64,000 nt of DNA from Negaprion brevirostris (lineage: Eukaryota). The translations under genes and the position numbers were made by a program. This document shows, in pieces, positions 22,986-36,740 of the stretch. The stretch spans positions 6,060,895 to 6,124,894 of the forward strand of contig JARDVH010000164.1 of assembly GCA_030324005.1 (NCBI GenBank), in the 5' to 3' direction. The notes beneath the pieces were generated by a model. That model did not search any database. It saw only the letters and a program-made list of their open reading frames with translations, and had not been told where the DNA came from. Every line of letters starts with the position of its first letter. Positions within the stretch are counted from its first letter, which is position 1.

Positions 22986-25900
22986 AAAAGAACCTCACTA
23001 AGGCCACAAGACAGTTGGTGGTAGAACCAAAAAAAAACACAGCTTGGTACGAAAGGGGCGTTTCTCATTAACAGCTCATTAGAATCCAAATCAAAATACA
23101 CAGCATGGGTAAATTTACTGAACAAGGAGGAAAGTTGAGACATGTGTACCAATGATCAGATTTACAACTTTTATTTCAACAATTGAGAATTCAAACCAAC
23201 AAATTCAGAAAAAAATTCTATAAAATTCTGCAACAGTTAATGCAGCAAGGAAAATAGTTAACGTGTAACTATTTAAATACATTGCACAATTCCATACAAG
23301 TCGATAAGCAAATTGTTAAAAAAAATCAACACAGAACAAAATTCCATCTCACACATGTAGGTAAACATTGTGATGTTCAGAACATTGCATTGCTAGTTGC
23401 TTCTTGCTGTAATTCCCTATCAATTTTGTGGTACTGAATAAAACTCAGAATCTCATTTGATAGCTTGACTCTCCTGGGATGACAGATCAAACAGACCATT
23501 GCGCCAGTGGGTTTTCTAAAGATCTCCAATACAATTCTCCAAGATGAATACATGCTCTTCAGCGTGAGAGGTACCCATCTGGTGGATGCAGGTGGGTGAT
23601 TTGGAAACATATCTTAATTTACTAATGTTCACTTCCTCGTACGTATGCAAACTTTGAATTGTATTATCTGTATATTCAAATGCCATCTTGTGCACTCTGT
23701 CCCCCTCCCCATTGACCCTCTTCACTCTGCCCAGTACTTTGTACTTTATTTGTACCTTACTTTGTACTGGTACTTTGGAACTCAGGCCTCTAAAGATTAT
23801 AATCTCCAAGTATCATTCTAACAGCTTTCCCATGTTGCTTGTTCAGGATCTGATAATTGGCACTCTGGTATTAGTCAGCTTTAGCGCTATTACAAGTCTA
23901 CCAATTTACATACTCCACTGACATTGTGCAAGTCTCAAAGTGCGAGACAAATGAAATGGAGCAATGCATTCAAACTGTGAATCCAGCAAACACGACCTCT
24001 GCTCCTTCTACAAACAGGGCTAAAAATACATCAGCCGTGAGGAAAACTGGACAAAATGAAGCTAGGTTCCTCATTAAATTACACATGGAAACATTAAGGA
24101 TGACAAAGAAACAGATTTATGCTGCCAGTTTTCAAAAGGCTGTAATATTTTCATTAACATTTCTCAACTTCACTCTCAAATGAATACCTTTCAGCATGAA
24201 TATATCTTCCAACTACAAAGGCACAAGTTCAAGCCCCAGAGCAACTCAATCACTTGAATTGCTTATCTCAGTTGGGTGAATTTCATCTATAGAGTCAAAT
24301 ACAAGGTGCATTACCTAAAAACACAGGGAAGGCCAGAGGGCACTGCTTTCTTTGTGTATTTTTCATATGTTGCCCATTTCTAGAGTCCTCAGGCAATGCA
24401 GCAAACTTAACAATGAAGAACAAGCAAGCTCCACCCTCTCTAGTCTCTGTGCTGTTCTGAATTAGTTGTTAATGACAGTGATGGTTTTCTAATGAGCCCT
24501 CTGATAGCAGCATCTGGCCTCTGTTCAATGCTTCTCTGCAGCAATTTGTGAATCTACTGGCTACAAAATACACTCAAACTTGATTCCACATTTGCGCACA
24601 TGTGCCAGATGGCCAATTCTGCCCCACCTTGCTTCCTGGCAGTGTGTGCCAGAATCTGCCAGACAATGATTGTGCCTCAGACTTTCTCCTGACTGGAGAA
24701 ATGCATTTGGCAGTGAAGTCAGTGGAAGGAGGAACAGCAGGGGGAAAAAATTCAAAATTATCTCCTAATTCTGTTCTACAGTATTGAATATTCCGGTATT
24801 GGAAATCCAATCGAGTGACAAAACATTCCTTAAAAGTTAAATGGTCAGGATGTCCAATGTTAAATCACAATGCATTACAATCCAGAACATAAAAATTAGG
24901 CCAGTTGTATCTTTGTTAGAACCCTGATGCATCGTCAGTACAAAGAATAAAAAGGAGCAAGGAACAAAGCTAGTCACCCTTGCTTACAACTGGGTTCAAA
25001 TCCAGCCCAAAGGGGGGAAATCCCTTTAACTGAAAAGTTGTTATGCGCGAAGGGGGTTTTGATGGATCTACAGGTCTTACAATTTACAATACAACAAAAG
25101 GTTCTCAATCCCAACTTTAAATAAAAGAAAATATTGGAAATGCTGCTCAGCATCTGAGGGAGACATGTTAAATATTTCAGTATTTATCCAAATGTTCCTT
25201 CCTGTCTTCTCCCTGTTCAGTTGCTGATAATAGTTGGTATGTATTTCTTGACCGTTATTTACTATTTTCCTTAGTTCGCAGACTTTAATTTCAACCCTTA
25301 CAAANNNNNNNNNNNNNNNNNNNNNNNNNNNNNNNNNNNNNNNNNNNNNNNNNNNNNNNNNNNNNNNNNNNNNNNNNNNNNNNNNNNNNNNNNNNNNNNN
25401 NNNNTTACAAAACTTAAAGCAGGCAGAAGATTTTTCAATTCGATTCTTTGGAGCTTAGCTTCAATTTGTTGTGGAGTTAAGTATATAAGAAGTCCTTAAA
25501 TTTCAGAAGTGAACATTACTGTATTTTTCAGAAAGCTTCATAGTGAAACCTTATATAGCATGGGGCAAGACAAGCCAAACAAAACAGTGTTTCTCATTAT
25601 ACTTGTAGAAAGATAGCAATATCAGTACATCAGAAACCAAGTGGGAGCTGGTAAAAGTTTGCTTACTGTGGGGTATTGCCAAAAATGTTCTGATTTCAAC
25701 AGACTTTAAGCTGTAGTTTTTTTCCCCCGAAGTATTATGGTTAATGACACCTTAGGTTCTCACCAATATTCCATATTTCATTGGATAAAACTGTAGATAA
25801 GAGTGATTATGTAACACAACATAAAAGGAAAATTCAACATCCATAAAGGACTAAAGCAAAACACCCACTTTACAGAAGGGCTGAGGGATTTTTTTTTTAA

Positions 25901-26277
25901 ATGAAGCACCAGTCATACAGATCTAATAAAGTCTTTGTATTCTCATAATAACAGGTTCACATCAAAAGTGAGTTATTTCAAATCTGCAGTATGTGACTTA
26001 AAATGCAATTTGTCAATCTACAACATGTACACCCAGAGATGAATATGACAGGCTTTTCATTAACCTATACTTAATGCAGATCTTGAAGTTGTTGTGGATT
26101 GTATTTGTAACTTAAACTTTAAGTGAAGAAAGGTGTCACTGCACTCTTATTCAATGTTGTGTGACATTCTTCTCCCTCTATGGTGGCTCCCTAAACTACA
26201 AAGATGCACATCAACTTGCAGTCAAAAATTGCCAAAATTAGGAAAGTACAAAGACATCAATGCCGTGGGTAGAATTC

Positions 26278-26525
26278 ACTCTCAAGTGGGTGTTAAAGAT
26301 CCCATGGCATCACTTGAAATGAGTGGTGGGGAGGCTTCTTTATTTCTTAACCAACATTACTAAAAATAGATCAATGCTGAATATAGGTCATTGGTGTGTG
26401 TAATCTGCTGTCACGCAGAGAAATGCGCAACTAGTTACTACACTTCAAAAATATTTCATTTGCTGTGAAATATTCAGTGACATCCCGAGTGAATCAAAGG
26501 CACTATGCAAGTGCACTTTTTTTTA
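26278..26525 (+). mobile_element. Old Deu-domain SINE 3' portion
   Basis: CTCTCAAGTGGGTGTTAAAGATCCCATGGCATCACTTGAA...ACTACACTTCAAAA...AAAGGCACTATGCAAGT. Confidence 0.65.
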
Positions 26526-29500
26526 TATCAGTTGTTAGTTGGTGATTTCTGTCTCTGGAATTCTTTATTTTCAGTGCAAGCTATTTTCTGCAATGTGACT
26601 CAAAGAAATTTTTCACAAATGAGAAAAAGGCAAACTGGAATAGATAAAATTATTGAACATATACGCACTCCCTGAATAGAACAGCTCAAGTACAATGCAA
26701 CTCTTGCTGCATCTTCGAGACTTCTTTCATTACATTAAAACAATAAGAACTGCAGGAAATAAAATATTGCTCAATAATCCCAAAAAACACAACATAAAAA
26801 TTATGCAAGTGTGTGAAAAATCATTTGTGCAATTTAAGCATAATTAAACCCACAATTATTATATTTTTAAACAAAGGGAAAGGGGGCGAGAAAGGAAGGG
26901 TAAGAGTTACAAAATCTGTTAAATTTACACCATTCGGCAATAAACTACTATAACTTTTTGTGAAGAAAGAAACAACATGATTTGTCATCATATCCTAAAA
27001 GTAGCTCAAAGTGCTTCACCTATCATTACTTTTGAAGTGCACTGACAGTTGGAGAAAATGTTGTATCCTGATCCTATACTGAAGAGGTAGGCAATAGGCG
27101 ATAAATGAATAAGGGCTGTGTATTCTAAGCAGATAAAAAGACAGATTGTTGATGCACTGAACACAAAATAAAATACCATTTAAGCTGCAAACCTTGCTAC
27201 ATGCCTTTCCACAAAGCTGTGTTGTGACAGGCATTGCAGATATTAGCCCGCCTATAAATTAATCTGTATTACTCTAGAACCTTCACACTGTTTAAACAGT
27301 CAAGAAATAATTAACATTACTTTTTCCGATATGATCTTAATAGAAATTGCAACTACTTAAACAGAAATTAGAACACACATCACAACCAGATACTAGTGTG
27401 TATAATCAATAAACTCTGTTTTTAATCAAAATGTGGAATGAATTTTGTTGCCATATGTGTATCTAAAAAGGGAAGTCCCTGAGGCACGAGGATATGAATG
27501 ACAAAATTTAAAAGGGCATTACAGGATTTTGAATTTATTTTGGGTTTCTGACATTTAGTTACAATTAAGTCTGATGGACAGCTAAAAATATTTGCCCCTT
27601 TTTACTCTGGTAATATGGGTAGAAGTCCAAAGGGAAAATGGAAGACTAAAAATAGAGAATTCACTGGACATTGTCTTCATTTGGACTCAATATTCTGATA
27701 GCAGTGTTGGTTGTGAGCTTTGGTTGGCTTATAAGTTGGTTTGCAAATTTCAACCAATACCATTACAACAGCAGCTTCAAAGCCAAACACCACTGCAAAC
27801 AAACACTAAAGATACTTGCAATTGTGCCAGTTACGTCTGAGGATAAGGATTTCCTCTGCTGAGGAAAAAAGCTTCAGCTCTCACCAGTTAGGGAGCAAAA
27901 CATTCAAATTTAACATTTCTTTTGGAGGGAGGACCCTCTGGTCAGGACAAGTTAACAAAAAGGTGCTTTGTACTGTTAAATATCACTCAAAATGAGGTGG
28001 AGTAGGTTTATTCAGGTTTTGAAACCACTTATTTTATGCTGGTGCTGCCAACTCTCACTATGCAGTTCCTCAATGCCCGAGGTATTAACAGACTGTAAAA
28101 GTAGTTTTAAGCACTTTGTGAATAACATCTTTAGTTTTACCCTAGCCTCACTCGTAAACCAAGTTTTCTACCAAAATTAACAGAACAGAGAAGAATGGCC
28201 AAAGTCACTGATAACTTATTCAATAACTGATAGCTCAAAGCAAAATACCAGTCATTGCTGCAAAACTTTGACTAGATAGAGCACATAGTTAATGCATCAC
28301 AGGAATTGTACGTACATAGGAAAATGATTCAAGATGTACTGCTATGCTTAAACCAAGCTTTACTTGGTACAAGCACAACCAGATTGTGTCTTAATTCTTC
28401 AAATTGTTCAAGAAAATTTCACACGTCCATTATACTTGACAGAAATCTTAGGAAGAGCAATGTCTCACCTTTAAAGCCGTAAGTGAGAATTGTAAGTGAA
28501 AATGATCTGTTACACAAATATAGGTCCTGGACTACTATACATCAGTTCTACTCTCCCGAAGCAAATATAAAGTTAGACTTTTCACATGCCCTAATCTTTA
28601 GGGATGAGCGCTGGAAGAAAGATTTTACATTGGTAGGCTGGTCAAAAGACAGGCAAAACTCATATCTAGCATAAGACTTCAGTAGTTGAACATGAGATAA
28701 AAACCCCACAAACTCACTGGTTTTCTTAATTTTCTTTTACTATGCCTAACTCATTAAAAACAGTAAAGTGCATTCCCTTCATGTACTACACCCCTTTACT
28801 GGAATATCCTTTCCTTATAGGAACAATTCCAAATACAACAACGCTAAACAGCAAAGTCAATGGGGATACTGTAATTCTAAAGAAAGTTTTTAATAAAGGT
28901 ATTTGTTTTAAGTAATTAGCTCTGGCACAATCATTGAAAATTATAAACTGTTCAAACATGCAAGTAGCAATTCTACACTCAATCTTCACTAAAAACAATA
29001 ACAATTTTACTAAAAACAAAATTAACATCTTGCAGTGGAACTATTTCAACTCATCCTCCAACATGTATTGAGAATGAGAAAGTTTCCATTACAAGAGATT
29101 CAACATTCAACTGTTAGCCTTAGTAACAGAGGCTAAACTCTCACAGCAAATTATTCAAAAGCAAAAAAAACTTACAACATAATGAGGGAAACACCGCATT
29201 TGCTTCACAGGGAAGTTATCAGTGCTTCTTACCGAGAAACAAAAATCACACCTAACTGCCTAAATATCATGGAAAAAATCTCAAACAACAGGCCTTGAGA
29301 AGATACCCTTCCAACATAGTTGGCTTTACTCTCAAATGATCAAGTTACTGCCAACTTGTGCTGTCATTATATTTACTAAGTCGCTAACTACTAATCCTGA
29401 AATACATTATACTCACCAACACAGTCTCAACACTCAATTCCTTAATGCCTCTGAAGTACTGAATTGATCTGTGGCCAAACTGAGCATGGAAAAATGCAGC

Positions 29501-31269
29501 TGAAATACCATTTTCAGCACTTAATTAATAGTAAATTGAAGCCCTCTTTCTTATTGCCCTAATCTTATCAAAAAGACCTTGCATAGATAGGCTACACAAA
29601 ACAATCAAAATTCTGCGTGCAATTTTAGCTCACCTAAAACACCGTGTACCAAATATGCTGGTTAAGTATCTTTGGAGTGCCAACATAAACTGTAAGTGCC
29701 ANNNNNNNNNNNNNNNNNNNNNNNNNNNNNNNNNNNNNNNNNNNNNNNNNNNNNNNNNNNNNNNNNNNNNNNNNNNNNNNNNNNNNNNNNNNNNNNNNNN
29801 NCCACTTCTAGATGTACTACCCCAAACTGGAGAACACATCCCATGCAACTATATCCTTCAGCTCTTGCCTGGATACATTTCAAATTATAAACATCCCGAT
29901 AGATACCACTAAAATTTCAGATCTAACTCATCATACACCACTTGTCTGGTAAGTCATATAACTCTCATTCAGCTACAGGTTCAATTGAACGATGGAATGG
30001 CTAATCATAAGATAAAGGAAGCAGGGTTTCTTTGGTCTTCACTTAATGTAGACGGTGAGGTCGACGTAATAACTTCAAATAAGGGGCAATCACAAAAAAG
30101 ATAGCAAGATGGTATGAAAATAAAAAGTATCAGAGACCAAGGACACCAAAGATAATCCAGGGAATGACTACAGTAGCTGAAGCTACCATTTCCCACCATT
30201 TAAATGATAACATCAAGCAAATTGGTAAATAGCTTAAAAATGTTGAGAATCAATGATTTCATAACAGTTGAAGGGCTATCATTATTCGCTTAGTCATATT
30301 TTTAAGCAAATAAGTTCAGGTAAACATTATTCAAACATCACCCAGATACAGTTAGTCACGATAGAACAGAGCTCTGTCAGTAACTGGCTGTCTGGATGCC
30401 ACTTTGTACACTACCTATACATAACAGTATTTGAGGCACTAATTACCTGATCAGACATTTCTTATGGCATTTGCAGTTCTAAACATAATGCTAAAAATAC
30501 TTCAGTTGACTAAATTATTACCAACACTTTACCATACTTGGGAAATTTAGAAGAGGGCAAGATATGACATTAATGTTAATCTGAAACGATGTTTTTACTG
30601 TCTCAAATTTTATAAGGCAAACCTGACAACCTTGAACATGAGGGGCTGTGAATCATGATTTGCTCTCAAATCTTATAATACCAAGTTCAACAGAACAAGT
30701 TTCCTTCTTAAGTTGGAGGCAGCCATCAAGTGTAGAATTGTACAAACTTTGAACTTAGTAAATGAGACCCTGTGTCACAAAGACTGCTGCTGGCATCATG
30801 ATGGAGACGAAATACAAATGTATTCAAACAATCTTCTGTTGACTAACCTACTGAGTTCATTCCACATGACAGATATACATGACTGATGCAGCAGAAATAC
30901 AAGTTGGGTATTTTTGCTTTCATAAAGGTTAAATGTATCTGAATTGTGACCATTACAATGATTGAAAGAATTTCTAAAACTGCTTTGAAAGTCACAATGA
31001 CTCAAAAATCTTGATCAAGTTCAATGTGATTTCTGCCTTTCACTGTGTATCATTTTAATAAGCAAAAAATGAACTGTAGGACTTTGGTTTCCCCCACTGT
31101 AAAGTCAACTGGTACTGAATGAAGGGGAAGAAAAAAAACACTTGAGAAACACGTACAGCTTACTATTGAATCTAGAGGTGAAAATGTTTGGTTCAACCAG
31201 TCAAGAGGAAATGTTTAGAGTATGAAATATTAGTTTGCTTAAAACAAAAATGGAATGTGATTTATCTAG

Positions 31270-31536
31270 TGTGGCAAAGTAGCACAGTGGTTAGCACTGC
31301 TGCTTCACAGCACCAGGGACCTGGGTTTGATTCCTGGTTTGGGTCACTGTCTGTGTGGAGTTTGCACATTGTGTCTGCGTGGGTTTCCTCCAGGTGCTCC
31401 AGTTTCCTCCCATATTCTGAAAGGCTGGTTAGGTGCATTGACCCAAACAGCACTGGACTGTGGCAACTAGGGGAATTTCACAGTAACTTCATTGCAGTGT
31501 TAATGTAAGCCTTACTTTTGACTAATAAACAAACTT
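31270..31536 (+). mobile_element. HE1-head SINE, tail B
   Basis: HE1 head followed by GGGGAATTTCACAGTAACTTCATTGCAGTGTTAATGTAAGCCTTACTT..AATAAAC. Confidence 0.85.
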
Positions 31537-33308
31537 TTTAGTGTGTATGTACATCATTCAAAACGGAATGCTTTCCGGTGAAACTAGCTGGGTAGTTTTG
31601 TTTAAATATGCTGGTTTAATAATTCAACAATAAACATATTTTCTGTACAGTAATAGAGAGCAACTAATTCCTTTAACTCAGGAACCTCTGATAACAGAGG
31701 AGTTGACTCTGACCAATACCAATCATCTAGGAAGCATTAAAACCCACAAATCATAAGTGGATGTTCAATTAAATTTCGTACTCATCTATTGTTGGTTACA
31801 CAGATGTTGGAGAGGAATCATTCATCAGTTGATCAAGTGAGGATAACATTTTCTCCTCTCCTGATGGTGCTACATCAATTCCGTTCTTCTATCTCATCCA
31901 TGTCCATTCCTAGATAATGGGTTATGGTAGGCTGCATTGAAAAATAATCAGAGGGATGAAGGCGATGATTTTTCCACTTGGTCAGAGGAGTGCAGAGCCC
32001 AACTGAAGCACTTCCTCCTGCCTCTCCGACTGAAATTAGCTAACTCAGCACTGATCAGGAATAAACTTAAAGAAATACAGTTTCACAGAACTGACTACAA
32101 ATAAGCTTTAAGGATTGATCATGAGTCAAAGTAACAAACTGCTCGGCAACTTGCACCATTTCACATTTCTTTGATTTACATATTGAGGGCAATGAATAAA
32201 CAAAGTGTCAACCAGGTAACTGAAAAGGCCATCGAAGAGGAGGATTTGGAACTTAGGACTAACTTCATACTTGGAAGTGAGACTGAGCTTATACCAAGTT
32301 CTCCCATGAAATGATCTCTATAGGACAACGTTTCTAAACAGAAAATACGTAACATTTAAAATGATTTTTCAATAAATGTAGACCTACTTCACATTCATGC
32401 CCAGTTACAGCAGCTTCCATACCACCTCATTTGAAAATTTTACAAAAAGGTAGAAATATATGGGATCAAATGGAAATTGCTTGTGATAATTATTTTTAAA
32501 ACAATGTTGATTGGACTTGGTTTTTCTCTTTCAAAAGGCTAAAATAGAGATCAAACACTATTAATAAGTGCCACGGCAATGCAAACACTTGAGTTTGAGA
32601 GACAGACTCATTCCAGAGGCAAATTGTACCCACAGCTTTAGATCATACAGCTCACCTGTGAATCTGGGCTACCTGCCACAGAGGGGCAAACAGAAGTAAC
32701 AAAACAGTTTTGCAAGAGTTTCCCCGAGTGAGAATTCTACATTTCGTTTCTCTTAAAAAGACAAAAAAATCATTAGAGGTCTTCACTTTGCAAATTTATT
32801 ATCTTTTTAAAAACACTTTGCTGCACTTAATCTGATCAAATGACCAAAACTGGGTTTCTTGGTAGGGCAGAAAAATAAATGCCTTTTTTCATAAATTAAA
32901 AAATATATAAGGCACAATTTTTAAACAAATGAGCTCCTGCAAAACACACGTTTAACTTCTGGGAAACCTAAATGTGGCTCATTTGCTCCAATTCTACTGG
33001 TACCAGATATTCCTGTGGTAACAGTAACTCTTGTCCCATATTCTATTCGCTACAAGACTGTTGTTGTGCAAACACAGTGAGTCATCATTTTGTGTGTGCT
33101 CCAAGTTGCTTTTAGTGGAGAAAGGCATAGAAGAGGATTTTGCAATATTTAAACAATTGTGATAAAATAGTATAATTCTGCTGGTTGAACTACGTTAATA
33201 GCAGGGATTAGTTTTAAGGTAGTCAAACCCAGGTCAGGAATGCAACGATGAAAAAGGAGATAAATGATTGGAGGAGAGAGAGTTTGGCAAATCAAGTCTG
33301 TGCAATGG

Positions 33309-33511
33309 TCAATCACTATGATCTGAGCAGCTCTGGTCTCCAGCTCCTGTACACTGTGGCTTGTTTTTCTCCCAGTAACAGATGGCATTTGTGTATTCTA
33401 CAATAAGTTTATCCATCCAAGTTAAAGGTTTTGGGAAGAGCACTGCTCCTTCAAAGAATCCAAGGTGACCACCATGCAGTGTTAACACAAACATGACATT
33501 TTCTTTTTTCT
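33309..33511 (-). CDS. ABHD2: ABHD2 terminal coding exon with the catalytic His (HGGHLG), to TGA stop
   Basis: ctttcag|AG acceptor. Translates (E)KKENVMFVLTLHGGHLGFFEGAVLFPKPLTWMDKLIVEYTNAICYWEKNKPQCTGAGDQSCSDHSD*. Confidence 0.97.
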
Positions 33512-35639
33512 CTGAAAGGAAAGTGAGAGAAAGAATTGTATTAGAAACTGTCAGTTACTCATTGAGAACTTACTAAGCGTAAACACAAACATCAGCTAGT
33601 TCAAAATATATATACAACCTTGACCCTTTGTATGATTGTAGGTTAAAAAAAGAGCTTGTTTCATATTGGCTTTATCGCTTCCTTGATGGTTTATTGGCAA
33701 GTGCACTGATTAGTGAACTATGGAGCCATATTGATCATAAGGTTTAAGTTCCAACTCCATTCCAAATTCAATTAGTTGGTTTGAGCCAAAGAAATGGTAT
33801 GGTTGTTACAAATGGGACTCAGTGCCCATTTGCTGGTGGGGGTAACAGCGTGAGTGGCAGACAGCTTGCGGGCGGGAGCAGGATTTGCTCGAAAAATGCA
33901 AGTGGGATTCTCTGGTCTTGTCTGTGGCAGGATCTGTTCTGAGCAAGAACGGAAAATTTGGCTTTCCAGTCAAAACTCCATTCATTTTCAGCAGCATCAG
34001 AAAATCCCAGTCACGAACAAGATTTCAGCCAGAGAGCAAGAGCAGGAGGCAGGAAATCAGCAGGAGCTCTTGATCACTATCCTGGAATGCTCACGTGAAG
34101 ACAAGACTATTTCCGATTTGATAATCTACAACAGTCAGAAGTTGTGATTCTATTCAAACCTCTACTTAAGCTCTGCACAGTTCAGCAAGTGACCATTATG
34201 TGAATAATGCACCTTATTCATCTGAATTTCTGTGATCCCCTACAATTTAAGGCATTTCTATTTAATTATAAAACTTGCCCAAGCACATAAATGCATCCAC
34301 TTTAAAAGATAAGGATAAAGGACATCAGTGTCAGCAAGTGCAATGTATTTGTTCAGGAGATGGCGTCGTAGCCAAATATTTACCCAGCAGCACCTGCTGT
34401 CCAGCTCATTAAATTGCAGCATCGCTTCATAGTCAATTGGCATACTGTGAGTACAAGGTAACCAAACAAACATCAGAGGGCTTCAGAACTCTCCACTGCT
34501 GAATGGTTTTTTCACTAAGCAGGCCATGTTTTCATGTACATAACAGGAAATCAACAGCTTGACTGATGAAGCAAAAGTGTCTTTTACAGTTTTCTGCTCC
34601 AAAGGGAGGTTTATATTTACATCAGACAAAATTAACTTCATAGAAAGACCTTACAAAAAAGAGAATTTTTTTCCCCACCAACATTTAACAAAGATGAAAA
34701 TAAATGTTTGTGCATGTGTAATGCGAGTGTTTTTATCCATCAGCAAACTGCAGACATAGCAAGCTCAATTCAGGGGCCAAATCTACTTCTGATTTCCACA
34801 GTTTTTGAGCAGTTTTATTTTACTAGTCTGTAGCAATCATTCATATGAAAAAAAACACGATTAGGATAAATATTTTTACACTTTACAATGACATCAGAAT
34901 CCCAGAGATTGTCCCCAATGTTATTGGACTAAAAAGCAAACTAAAACCAGCTGTGATTGTAGTCAATAATCTCAGATCAAACCCATAGCTAGCAACACCA
35001 TTTCATATTACTTAACTGCAAATCAGACTGCAATGCAGACAGATATTTAATTGTTAAGGTTGCTATTTATTCACAAATATACAGGCAGCTTTTCAGATTT
35101 CTAAAACTGTTTCAGTTCTGACAGGTCAGAGTGGATCTTGAGCATTTTTAAAAACTAGCTTACACACCCTAGTGGAAGTATACTTTTACGCTGCATGAAA
35201 TAGACGTGACATAGCATGACTCTCCCCAAGAATATTGACATTTCTCCCATGACCAGTTTCTGGAGTTTTGTAACTCCTCACTGCTGTGAAATAGAAACTT
35301 CAACACGCCTCATCCTGGAGCACATTTTAAATATGGGTTTAACCTCTCATTTAGAATATTTTAAACTCAAAAGGCAGTATCATTGTCCAATAAAATGTGC
35401 TGGTAAGGACCACCTTCAGATAAAGCTTACAGCAAGATTATCTGTGTTCAATGACTCAAGTCCATGTCATTGATGGGTAAGTCTGCAGCTCGTCAACACT
35501 GGTATTAGAAACAAGCTCAAAGCTTGACATCGCCCTCAAATATGAGTCCAGGTTTAGGGCTAGTGCCCTCAAGTTGCACAAAAAACGTAGCTTTTTTTGT
35601 ATGTGAAGCTGAGGAAGATAATTAGAACACGCAACCCCT

Positions 35640-36490
35640 TCATTTAGAACATGGCTGGTCTGTACTTCAACTCCATTTATATGCTTTTACTCAATATTCA
35701 TATTTACTCTTATCCTACCAAAAATGTTTCAATCTTCAAAATTTCAATTTTATAGGGAAGACAATGTTCTAATTTTCTACCACATTTGATTATGCGTTTC
35801 CCAATTCTTCTTTTTAATGGCTGACACCAATTTTAAGATTATACCCCCTAGTTTTGTATGCCTCAACCAAACAAAATAGATTCACTGATGTATATACCAA
35901 ATCTCAAATAATTTTAAACATTGCAATTAAATGACCTCTCAATTTTGTAAATTTAAACAAATACAAGTTTATATAAAATGTTTTCAATTTAATCCTTTAA
36001 ACCCTGTACCATTCTGGTAGATTTGTTCCAAGGCCAATCAACGCAAGTTTCTTGGGTTTGGTGCCCAAAATTGAAGGCAATATTCCACAAGTGGTCCAAG
36101 ACTGCATAACTGAAGCAGCATTCTAGTTTTGAATTCGGTCCCCTTGAGATGGAGGCCAACATTCCTTTTGATTTTTGATTTGTGACTAACTTCCACATTT
36201 GTGTATATTGACATAAAAATTCCTTTGCTCTTTGATAGCTCTTGGGAAGAGACCAAGAAGAAAAATATTCCAATTTGTCTTGGATCCAAAATGGGTGACC
36301 ATGCATTTCTCCACACTGACCTCCAAATATTACAGTTTAACTTCCTCGGCTCATCTTGTTCTGCTTGTAACTTAATGTTATCTGCAAATTTGGATATACA
36401 ACCTATTCCTTCATCCATTATATGGTGAAATATTAAGGCCCTAGCACAGGTCCCAAGGAAAACACCACTTGTCACATCATGCCAAACAAA
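35640..36490 (-). mobile_element. Degenerate CR1-type LINE reverse-transcriptase region
   Basis: The - ORF 36038-36475 gives MTSGV...ISKFADNIKL (RT FADD-like motif) and ...EYCLQFWAP, both CR1 ORF2 motifs. Confidence 0.8.
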
Positions 36491-36511
36491 TTTTCCTTCA
36501 AAAAGCCCAAA

Positions 36512-36740
36512 TCATAGAATCGTCAAATCCCTCCAATGCAGACGGAGGCCATTGACCACATCAAATCTGGACTGACTCTCCGACAGAGCNNNNNNNNNNN
36601 NNNNNNNNNNNNNNNNNNNNNCCAAAACCCTATCCCCATAACTCCAAACATTTACCTTGCTAACCCCCTAGCATACACATCTTTGGACACCAAGGGGCAA
36701 TGCAGCATGGCCAATCCACCTATACTTCACGTCTTTGGAT
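36512..36740 (-). mobile_element. HE1-type SINE 3' half
   Basis: ATCATAGAATC...GCATGGCCAATCCACCTA...GTCTTTGGA. Confidence 0.8.

Larger units (their letters stand above)
23150..33308 (-). other. ABHD2: Putative long ABHD2 3' UTR ending near AATAAA (TTTATT on + at 23170-23175)
   Basis: U-rich on -, comparatively poor in young repeats, and ends in a typical ...ttgttgAAATAAAagttg context. The endpoint is inferred; other TTTATT sites exist in the interval. Confidence 0.4.

Noticed and set aside
24985-25045. LF-SINE-like fragment (ACTGGGTTCAAATCCAGCCCA...GAAAAGTTGTTA)
   Set aside because: The match is short and mostly a generic B-box, so it cannot be assigned without an alignment.
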